Assembly: GCA_025454775.1 (NCBI GenBank)
Contig: JALONU010000006.1
Coordinates: 1 to 37,757, forward strand
Source: Bacteroidales bacterium
GTDB taxonomy: Bacteria > Bacteroidota > Bacteroidia > Bacteroidales > VadinHA17
DNA: 37,757 nucleotides
Reading direction: 5' to 3'
Under the pieces are notes generated by a model. It did not search any database and was not told the origin of the DNA. It saw only the letters and a program-made list of their open reading frames with translations. This document shows, piece after piece, positions 22,498 to 30,732 of this stretch. Within the stretch, counting starts at the first letter, position 1, and each line of letters begins with the position of its first letter. Both the position numbers and the translations under genes were made by a program.

Positions 22498-23028
22498 ATG
22501 CGACATTCAAGAGTAATAAATCATCTGGGGAGAACGAGCGCACACAGGAATGCAATGCTCGCAAACATGGCCGTATCGCTTATCATGCATAAGAGGATCA
22601 CCACTACCACAGCCAAGGCCAAAGCCCTCAAGACATACGTGGAACCCGTGATAACAAAGTCAAAGGAAGATTCAACCTCCTCCAGGAGAGAGGTTTTCAG
22701 CTTCCTCAAGGACAAGAAGGCGGTTGTCGAACTCTTCAGGGAAATATCCCCGAAGATAGCCGGCAGACCCGGGGGCTATACACGTATCCTTAAGACGGGA
22801 AACAGGATCGGCGACAATGCCGAAATGTGTATCCTTGAGCTGGTTGACTACAACGAAGCCATGCTCGGAACCGGTGAAGCTGCAAAAGCTAAAACCACAA
22901 GGAGAAGGAGAGCTTCGGGCAAGAAGAAAGCTGAGGCCGGCGATGCTGAAAAGACAGCTGTAACCGCCAAAGCTGCAGCCGAAAGCGAAGCACCGGCTGC
23001 GGAAAATGCCCCTGAAGAGGAAAAATAG
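22498..23028 (+). CDS. rplQ: 50S ribosomal protein L17 with Ala/Glu/Lys-rich tail
   Basis: MRH...[22 protein letters not shown]. Confidence 0.99.
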   Translation: MRHSRVINHLGRTSAHRNAMLANMAVSLIMHKRITTTTAKAKALKTYVEPVITKSKEDSTSSRREVFSFLKDKKAVVELFREISPKIAGRPGGYTRILKTGNRIGDNAEMCILELVDYNEAMLGTGEAAKAKTTRRRRASGKKKAEAGDAEKTAVTAKAAAESEAPAAENAPEEEK

Positions 23029-23048
23029 GCTTAATAATATTTACGCTG

Positions 23049-23085
23049 AAAGGGATAGGCCATTATGGTCGTTATCCCTTTTTTT
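23049..23085 (+). terminator. Intrinsic terminator of the ribosomal cluster
   Basis: AAAGGGATA...TATCCCTTT stem followed by a T run, 20 nt after the rplQ stop. Confidence 0.8.
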
Positions 23086-23117
23086 GTATATTGCATGGAT
23101 GTTTAATATAAAATTAA

Positions 23118-24401
<1,284 letters not shown>

Positions 24402-24420
24402 CATCTATTCACACCATTGT

Positions 24421-24459
24421 ATTCCCCCTTCCTGGTAATCCAGGTTGGGGGAATTTCTT
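24421..24459 (+). terminator. Probable eno terminator
   Basis: ATTCCCCC-TT-CCTGG-TAAT-CCAGG-TT-GGGGGAAT stem, then TTCTT. Confidence 0.65.
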
Positions 24460-24504
24460 AATAATCTTTTAGTTAATAATTCGGTATTGGTTCGTTGTGG
24501 TTCG

Positions 24505-24627
24505 TACCTCTCCCCAACCTCCCGTTGAGGCGGGACAAGCTCTCCCCCAGGAGGGAGGGGCTAAGAACTTATTCGAAATTTAAAGTCCCCCTCTCTCTTG
24601 GGAGAGGGGGATTTAGGGGGAGAGGTA
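24505..24627. repeat. Composite REP/MITE-like element
   Basis: 11-bp terminal inverted repeat TACCTCTCCCC/GGGGAGAGGTA enclosing three hairpins (24520-24535, 24539-24561, 24584-24613). Confidence 0.75.
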
Positions 24628-24774
24628 AGACAACCAGGAGATAAAGATTCCTCCCGGCAAGTTATTCCTGATGAATTGTAGCCCGGATTCAGTGCAAGGG
24701 TCGATAGCTCTCAAATGGACAAGGTTTTAGCATATCCTGATAAAGCATAGAATCATATATCCAAACATTCCGAC

Positions 24775-24796
24775 GTTATCAACAATTGTTGATAAC
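24775..24796. promoter_or_regulatory. Perfect 22-bp palindrome, candidate protein-binding site
   Basis: GTTATCAACAATTGTTGATAAC. Each half contains TTATCAACA, one mismatch from the DnaA box TTATCCACA. Confidence 0.55.
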
Positions 24797-24835
24797 TCCT
24801 GTTCATATCGGGTTTACAACAAGGAACACCTTAAA

Positions 24836-24866
24836 TTGCTTTTTAAGGATTCCTGGATTATATTTG
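24836..24866 (+). promoter_or_regulatory. Bacteroidota primary-sigma promoter of the structured RNA
   Basis: TTG (24836-24838), 20-nt spacer, TATATTTG (24859-24866). Predicted start around 24871-24875. Confidence 0.75.
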
Positions 24867-24871
24867 ACTTA

Positions 24872-25380
24872 TCGGGTGAGCGATAAAGGGCTGCTCGAAC
24901 GATGTGGAACCGGAAAAGATTACTTAACTGAAATACGATCCGGTTCATTCAGACCTTCGGGTCTGCGCATCAAGAGAGCCGAAGCCTGGACAAAAGGAAC
25001 CTGGTCCCCGACCAGCCCCGGATGTTCAGCAGGTCGCAGAAAACCGGAAACGTTCTTTCAGCGACTGGGTCACAGGGCCTCAGGGAAACAAAGGGCTTCG
25101 GCCCTGAGTGAACTGAAACTGGTGCCGGATCCTCCGGGAAACGGCCACCGGAGCCTGAAGGACACTTCGTCCCGGAAAGTCCCGCCGAAAGACGGGAACA
25201 AAAGGACAGCCGGAAAGACCTGCCATAAAAAGCAGGACTGGAACGCCAGGGGTTGCAAAACCAGATCGTAAGACCTGTAATGCAACCGGCCGGAATAACA
25301 GTAACCCGACGCCGTTAACGGCTTCGGCCGGAAACGGTGAATGGGAACTACTCCTCGCGAATAGTTCCCATTATTGTTTT
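24872..25380 (+). ncRNA. Large (~510 nt) highly structured non-coding RNA candidate, family not recognised
   Basis: Own promoter and terminator. C(UUCG)G hairpins at 24950-24965, 25092-25105 and 25319-25330. GNRA loops at 25047, 25187 and 25268. Nested long-range helices; 5'/3' closing helix TCGGGT/ACCCGA. Confidence 0.8.
25340..25380 (+). terminator. Intrinsic terminator ending the structured RNA
   Basis: 11-bp stem AATGGGAACTA (25340-25350) / TAGTTCCCATT (25362-25372), followed by ATTGTTTT. Confidence 0.75.
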
Positions 25381-25415
25381 ATACCCCCCACAGGTAAGAA
25401 CTTAATATTTAAACC

Positions 25416-25481
25416 GTCATTGCGAGTCCCGCCACCACCTTCGCTAAAGCTACGGTGGTCAATGGCGGGACGAAGCAATCT
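25416..25481. repeat. Nested REP-like element
   Basis: GTCATTGCGAG...CGAAGCAATCT shell enclosing GTCCCGCCA/TGGCGGGAC, which encloses ACCACC-TTCGCTAAAGCTAC-GGTGGT. Confidence 0.75.
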
Positions 25482-25506
25482 GTCTCTTCATTACCTTATC
25501 TTTCTT

Positions 25507-25590
25507 TCTTGAATCTTTTATCTCTTATCTTTGGTCCTGAGTCCTGGGTGCTGGGTCCTGGGTCTTTTATCTTTTATCTTTTGTCTTTTT
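25507..25590. repeat. Degenerate period-7 tandem tract (12 units)
   Basis: TCTTGAA TCTTTTA TCTCTTA TCTTTGG TCCTGAG TCCTGGG TGCTGGG TCCTGGG TCTTTTA TCTTTTA TCTTTTG TCTTTTT, abutting the ATG at 25591. Confidence 0.8.
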
Positions 25591-27411
25591 ATGTCTTATT
25601 CAGGTTTAAACAGTTTTATCGCAGCCCTCGAAAGGCAGAATGAACTACTCAGGATAAGGTCTTTTGTTGATCCTGTACTGGAAATAACAGAAGTCACCGA
25701 CCGTATTTCAAAATCAGGAGGTAAAGCACTCCTCTTCGAAAATACGGGTACTTCATTCCCTGTCCTTATCAATGCCTTCGGCTCCGAAAAAAGGATGGCA
25801 GCTGCAACAGGCAGGAAAGACCTGGACGATGCAGCCCGTGAGGTCACAGAAACATTCTCACTGATCAGCGGTCCTGCGAAAGGGCTACGGGGAAAAATAT
25901 CCTCGATACCTTCACTATTGAGGATCAGGCACCTCCTTCCGTCGCGGAGAAGGGGACGGGGAAGGTGCCAGCAAATCATTCACAACGATCCCGACCTGTC
26001 TTTACTACCTGTGTTAAAATGCTGGCCCTTTGATGGCGGACGTTTCATTACTCTTCCTTTGGTCCATACAGTGCACCCTGTAACTGGAAGGACAAATGTC
26101 GGAATGTACAGGATGCAGATCCTGGACAGCCGGACAACAGCCATGCACTGGCAGCGTCATAAAACAGGTGCAGCCCATTTTGCAGAATGGAAAAAGACAG
26201 GGATGAAGATGCCAGTCACCGTTACACTGGGGGGAGACCCGGTTTATACCTACGCAGCTACGGCTCCCTTGCCAGAGAATATCGACGAATATATACTTGC
26301 GGGATTTCTGAGAAAGAGAAAGGTTAAACTGGTAAAATGCCTTACGAACGACCTTTATGTTCCTGCCGACGCCGACATAGTTATTGAAGGATATGTCGAT
26401 CCGGCAGAGGATCCGGTAACCGAAGGACCCTTTGGCGACCATACAGGCTACTACTCCCTTGAGGATCTCTACCCAGGATTCCATGTTACCTGTTTAACAC
26501 ATTCGGAGGAAGCCGTCTACCCTGCTACAATCGTCGGTATTCCTCCCATGGAGGATAAATGGCTTGCACTTGCAACGGAAAAGATGTTTCTCTCTCCTCT
26601 CAGGCTGGTGATAGTGCCGGAAGTGCTGGATTTCCATATGCCGGCCGCAGGCGTTGCCCACAACCTGCTCATAGTTAAAATCACGAAAACCTGGCCTGGA
26701 CAGGGAAAGAAAGTGATAAGCTCTCTTTTCGGGGCAGGCCAGATGATGTTCACCAAATACCTTGTGGTTGTAAGCGGCGATGTGGATATCAGGAATTACA
26801 GGCAGGTGCTGGAACATGTTCTGGGAAACACCTCTTTCACCAGGGATCTGATATCAATTACGGGGCCGCTTGATGATCTCGATCATGCTACCGCAATCCC
26901 CGCCCTGGGGGGCAAGCTCGGCATAGATGCCACTGAGAAGATTGAAGGTGAATTGTCACCGGGTGAAAAAGTCGTCAGCAGTACAGGTTCAGGGATTGAA
27001 ATAATGACAGCTGATCTGGCAGAAGGTCCGGAGGGTGTTGAAAAAGCAGTAAAGGAAGCTGAGGCTCGCTATGGAGGAGAAGGAAGGAAAATCGTTGTGC
27101 TTGTCGACAAGGCTGTGGATGCCGGCAATATGAACCAGGTTGCCTGGCAGGTGCTGGGGAACTCTGACCCCCGGAGGGATGCATTTGTCCTTTCAACCGG
27201 CCTGCTTTTCATCGACGGCACCCCGAAGGTATTTCGTTCACCTGGCTACCCGTGCAGATGGCCGAATGTTGTTGTTTCTGCTCCGGAAACGATCGCCGCG
27301 GTCGATACAATGTGGGAATCACTCGGCGCCGGTCCTTTCATTAAGTCACCCTCGGTATCTAATTCAGCCCTTCTGCTTTCCGGCGATGCGAAGGTCAATA
27401 TGAATTTCTGA
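25591..27411 (+). CDS. UbiD-family prFMN decarboxylase, probably the menaquinone (futalosine pathway) MqnL type
   Basis: NVGMYRMQ, MHWQRHK, EGPFGDHTGYY, PATIVGIPPMED, GAGQMMFTK, LDH...GGKLGIDAT. ATG at 25591 preferred over the TTG at 25531, which lies inside the repeat. Confidence 0.88.
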   Translation: MSYSGLNSFIAALERQNELLRIRSFVDPVLEITEVTDRISKSGGKALLFENTGTSFPVLINAFGSEKRMAAATGRKDLDDAAREVTETFSLISGPAKGLRGKISSIPSLLRIRHLLPSRRRGRGRCQQIIHNDPDLSLLPVLKCWPFDGGRFITLPLVHTVHPVTGRTNVGMYRMQILDSRTTAMHWQRHKTGAAHFAEWKKTGMKMPVTVTLGGDPVYTYAATAPLPENIDEYILAGFLRKRKVKLVKCLTNDLYVPADADIVIEGYVDPAEDPVTEGPFGDHTGYYSLEDLYPGFHVTCLTHSEEAVYPATIVGIPPMEDKWLALATEKMFLSPLRLVIVPEVLDFHMPAAGVAHNLLIVKITKTWPGQGKKVISSLFGAGQMMFTKYLVVVSGDVDIRNYRQVLEHVLGNTSFTRDLISITGPLDDLDHATAIPALGGKLGIDATEKIEGELSPGEKVVSSTGSGIEIMTADLAEGPEGVEKAVKEAEARYGGEGRKIVVLVDKAVDAGNMNQVAWQVLGNSDPRRDAFVLSTGLLFIDGTPKVFRSPGYPCRWPNVVVSAPETIAAVDTMWESLGAGPFIKSPSVSNSALLLSGDAKVNMNF

Positions 27412-27471
27412 TCCACATTTTGACCTGGGTTATATCCGGTATCTTCAATTTCGACTATTTTTGCTTACGGC

Positions 27472-28509
27472 ATGAGGCAATTTCTCAGATATGGCTGTCT
27501 GATATGTTCATTACCTGCAGTTCTTCCAGCAGGGATCATCAATGCAGAAAGGTATGCTCTTCCCGCATACTCTCTGAAGATAATATTGTATATCGCCCTT
27601 GCAGGCCTGCTTGCCTCTATAATCACGCAGACAAGGATTCTCTACAGGACGCGTCAGCTTCTCAGGGAAAAGGAGGCAGCCCTGACGCAGATTGAGAAAC
27701 AGAAGATGGAGCTTGAACTGCGCGACAGGAATATTACCGACAGCCTTGTTTATGCCCAGAGGATACAGGAAGCATTGCTCCCCTCGGAGAACTATTTCAG
27801 GAACCACTTTTCTGAATCTTTTATCTTCTTCAGCCCCAAGGACATAGTAAGCGGCGATTTTTACTGGATAGGGGAAAGGGGAAACAAGATCTATGTTGTC
27901 GCTGCCGATTGCACAGGCCATGGCGTTCCGGGGGCATTGATGTCGATGGTAGGTCTTGAGATAATCGACAAGGCTATAAACGAGGATAACCTCGAGAAGC
28001 CTTCCACAATTCTTGCTATCCTCAACCATGCACTGGAGAAGACCTTCAGCAGGGAAAAGAACATAGGCACTATCATCCGCGACGGAATGGATATAGGAAT
28101 CTGCATGATTGACAGGAAGAGAAGGAAAATGGAATATTCAGGAGCTTTCTTTCCTCTTTACCTTTTCCGTGACAGTTCGCTCACGGAAATAAAGGGCGAC
28201 AAGATAATAATAGGCATGAACCCTGAAGGCCTTGAATATACTCATCATGAGATTGACCTGATGGAGGAAGATATAGTTTACATATTCTCCGATGGTTATG
28301 TTGACCAGTTCGGGGGTACGGAAAACAAGAAGTTCATGTACAGGAGGTTCCGGCATCTTCTCACAACGATTCACACCTTCCCGTTCAGTGATCAGAAATC
28401 GGTTCTCGATGAGAATATAAAGACGTGGATGGCCGGGAATCCGCAGCTTGACGATATTATGGTGCTGGGATTCAAGCCGTTGTCAGGTGATTCTAAATTA
28501 ATTTCTTGA
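27472..28509 (+). CDS. Membrane-anchored SpoIIE/RsbU-like PP2C phosphatase
   Basis: TM segment and coiled coil, then YAQRIQEALLP, VSGDFYW, ADCTGHGVPGA, DGMD, SDGYVDQFGG, DDI. Confidence 0.92.
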   Translation: MRQFLRYGCLICSLPAVLPAGIINAERYALPAYSLKIILYIALAGLLASIITQTRILYRTRQLLREKEAALTQIEKQKMELELRDRNITDSLVYAQRIQEALLPSENYFRNHFSESFIFFSPKDIVSGDFYWIGERGNKIYVVAADCTGHGVPGALMSMVGLEIIDKAINEDNLEKPSTILAILNHALEKTFSREKNIGTIIRDGMDIGICMIDRKRRKMEYSGAFFPLYLFRDSSLTEIKGDKIIIGMNPEGLEYTHHEIDLMEEDIVYIFSDGYVDQFGGTENKKFMYRRFRHLLTTIHTFPFSDQKSVLDENIKTWMAGNPQLDDIMVLGFKPLSGDSKLIS

Positions 28510-29872
28510 TCTTCTCTATCAGTGCGGATGGCTGGAATGGCTTACTGATATAGTCATCTATACCGGCCGACAGGCATTTCTCCTTGTCTCCCAGCATTGC
28601 ATTTGCCGTGATTGCCACGATAGGAACATGGGTGTTGGTGCTCGACTCCAGTGCCCTTATCTTTTCAGCAGCGGTAAGGCCGCTCATTACCGGCATCTGT
28701 ATGTCCATCAGTATCAGGTCGTATTTGGCAGATCCGAACTTGTCGAGTGCCTCCTTCCCGTTCGATGCTGTGTCGATGCTTGCCACCAGCGGTTTCAGGG
28801 TGAGGTGCGTGATCTTCTGGTTTATCAGATTATCCTCAACAAGAAGGATCCTGATGTCTTTCAGCTCTTTATGCACTTTTTCCTTCTGGATGAGTTCCTC
28901 TATCCTGTTCGATGCGAGCTTGTGTTTTGGTTCACTGACGACTTTGGTGAAAGGCAGTGTTATATTGAGAACTGTGTAATCAGCTCCCGATTCCTGTGAC
29001 CAGGTTCCCTTGCTGTTGTGGATCAGCCTTGCCGACAGGCTCGGTGACTGTTCATTGTCATCTATCAGAATCATGTTGCGGTCGGTCTGGATCCTGAGCC
29101 CCACAAAATTCTCATTATCAGCTTCTCTTTCCTTCCTGAGGCTTATGTTAACTTTAGTGGCTTTTTCCGAATGGTTATTTTCTATTGTATTGAAGATGTC
29201 GAGAAATATCTGCTTCAGGATGATAGGATCGCCAAAGCATTCAAAATCAGTGAATTCCTTCTTGTTGAATATAAAATCTATGTTGGCTTTGTCCTTAAGG
29301 CTGTAAAGTTCAATTGTGTTCTGGATTGTCGGCAGAAGGCTGAACCTGATGTGCTTTCGGGCTTCGAAGCTGATATCGCCGGCTGACTGCATTGTTAATT
29401 CATTAACAGTGGTCACCATGTTCTTTGTTGAGGCAACGAAGGTTTCAAGTAATTCCTTCTGCTTCTTCTGAAGACCCGATTCCATCAGCAGGTCGGTGAT
29501 AATAACAATGTTGTTCAGGGGTTCTCTTATCCTGTGTGAGAAGCTGGAGATGACATCAACCTTCCTGTCGTTTGACGACGACACATCCCTGAGCGATTTA
29601 TTCGCATCATCCATTGATCTCAGGATGGCCCTGACAAGGTTCAGCTCAAGGATCGCTGTGAGGATCACCAGTATCCCTGCCGGCAGGTAGAGCTTAAGAA
29701 TAATAAGAATAACACTTATAAGCAATGCGAGAATTCCTGCATATGCTGCAGTCTGGATCCTGTTCCGTATCATCTCGTATTTCTTCCCCGATTCTTCCTG
29801 TAGGGTTTTCCCGGGATCGTCTTTTGCATCCCTGCTCATGCCGGTTTCTTTGAATTCCGTAAAAGTAAGCAA
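28493..29872 (-). CDS. Membrane hybrid protein: HisKA-like, degenerate ATPase and receiver domains
   Basis: Two TM helices, H-box FSHRIREPLN, and C-terminal REC (LLVEDN, LMDIQMP, ITAN, KP). Start uncertain (TTG 29872 or ATG 29839). Confidence 0.85.
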   Translation of the reverse strand: MLTFTEFKETGMSRDAKDDPGKTLQEESGKKYEMIRNRIQTAAYAGILALLISVILIILKLYLPAGILVILTAILELNLVRAILRSMDDANKSLRDVSSSNDRKVDVISSFSHRIREPLNNIVIITDLLMESGLQKKQKELLETFVASTKNMVTTVNELTMQSAGDISFEARKHIRFSLLPTIQNTIELYSLKDKANIDFIFNKKEFTDFECFGDPIILKQIFLDIFNTIENNHSEKATKVNISLRKEREADNENFVGLRIQTDRNMILIDDNEQSPSLSARLIHNSKGTWSQESGADYTVLNITLPFTKVVSEPKHKLASNRIEELIQKEKVHKELKDIRILLVEDNLINQKITHLTLKPLVASIDTASNGKEALDKFGSAKYDLILMDIQMPVMSGLTAAEKIRALESSTNTHVPIVAITANAMLGDKEKCLSAGIDDYISKPFQPSALIEKIKKLI

Positions 29873-29925
29873 AATATATAATAAATATATGTCAGCCGGG
29901 GTTATTACCCAATCGGGGGAATGGT

Positions 29926-29954
29926 TAAATTTGTCGTCACGGTACGATATTTGA
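29926..29954 (+). promoter_or_regulatory. Possible promoter(s): -7 element and sigma54-like -24/-12 site
   Basis: TAAATTTG (29926-29933), and CGGTACG-ATAT-TTGA (29940-29954) versus consensus TGGCACG-N4-TTGC. Confidence 0.35.
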
Positions 29955-29979
29955 ACGTAAAAGGTAAATTGTTATTGCT

Positions 29980-30732
29980 ATGAGGAAATACGTCAGGATG
30001 ATTCTTTCGGGTGCCGTCATCTTCCAGGCGCTGAATGTTTTCAGCACCCAGGGCCAGGAGAGTGAAGGAATGGTGAAATACACTCCTGATTTCAGGTTCA
30101 GGGAGGGTATTTATGTGAATTTCGACCAGGTGAAACAGAACAGCCCTATCCCAAAGGCTAAGATACTCACCTCAAATGACTATAACGACAAGGAATTCTT
30201 CAAGAAGCTGTTTGAGTCCGACAAGATTTACTATTACGACGGTATGGGCATCAGGCAGGAGATAAGCGTCAGCAGCATCTGGGGATATTCAAGGAATGGC
30301 GTTCTGTACATCCAGGTTCAGAATAACTTCAACCGTATAACCTTTGTGGGAAGCATTTGTCACTTCGTTGCTGATGTGACCACTTACGACAACCGTTATT
30401 ATTCTCCCTACGGATATGGAAGCTATTACGATCCCTACTATTATTCTCCGTACGGTTACGGAAGTTACTACTCCCCTTACGGTTCATACTACTCGCCATA
30501 TGGCAGGAGCATGTCGAGAAGCGAGGTGAAGCAGTACCTTATCGATTTTGAAAACGGCAAGATCCTGGAATTTGACCAGAAGAATACTGAGATGCTTCTG
30601 ATGAGGGATTCAGAGATATATGAGGAATATGTAAGGCTTCCCCGAAAGGAAAGGAAGGACCTGATGTTCGTGTATATCAGGAAATTCAACGAAAAAAATC
30701 CACTTCTCCTGCCCGTAAATCAGCTACAATGA
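29980..30732 (+). CDS. Hypothetical exported protein with Tyr-rich YYSPYG repeats
   Basis: Signal-peptide-like N-terminus; 250-aa ORF overlapping the next gene (ATGA). Confidence 0.8.
   Translation: MRKYVRMILSGAVIFQALNVFSTQGQESEGMVKYTPDFRFREGIYVNFDQVKQNSPIPKAKILTSNDYNDKEFFKKLFESDKIYYYDGMGIRQEISVSSIWGYSRNGVLYIQVQNNFNRITFVGSICHFVADVTTYDNRYYSPYGYGSYYDPYYYSPYGYGSYYSPYGSYYSPYGRSMSRSEVKQYLIDFENGKILEFDQKNTEMLLMRDSEIYEEYVRLPRKERKDLMFVYIRKFNEKNPLLLPVNQLQ

Noticed and set aside
5298-22715. Numerous antisense and alternative-frame ORFs over ribosomal genes
   Set aside because: Shadows of biased codon usage in conserved genes, with no independent signals.
24700-24860. Possible oriC
   Set aside because: Only one pair of imperfect DnaA-like boxes, no clear unwinding element, and no dnaA/gidA context.
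24786-25271. 161-aa ORF (and the antisense 71-aa ORF 25070-25285) over the structured region
   Set aside because: The TTG start lies upstream of the promoter, the R/G/S/P/K-rich product has no domain-like features, and the sequence is better explained by RNA pairing.
25172-25310. RNase P-like words GGAAAGTCC and ACAGTAACCCG
   Set aside because: Lacks GAGGAAAGUCC in a 5' position, AGUGCAACAG, GGUAAAC and ACAGAAnnCGGCUUA; the spacing is wrong for an RNase P RNA.
25309-25374. Resemblance to group II intron domains V and VI (CGCCG...CGGTG followed by a hairpin)
   Set aside because: No GUGYG 5' end, no AC bulge, no bulged branch A and no RT ORF; the last hairpin reads as a terminator.
24872-25380. 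tmRNA, SRP, 6S, tRNA or CRISPR identity for the RNA
   Set aside because: No GGGGCUG/TPsiC-CCA ends or tag ORF, no SRP helix 8 motif, too long and branched for 6S, and no regular repeat-spacer array.
25531-25590. Hydrophobic 20-aa N-terminal extension on the UbiD-family ORF
   Set aside because: It is only the translation of the heptamer tract; homology starts at ATG 25591.
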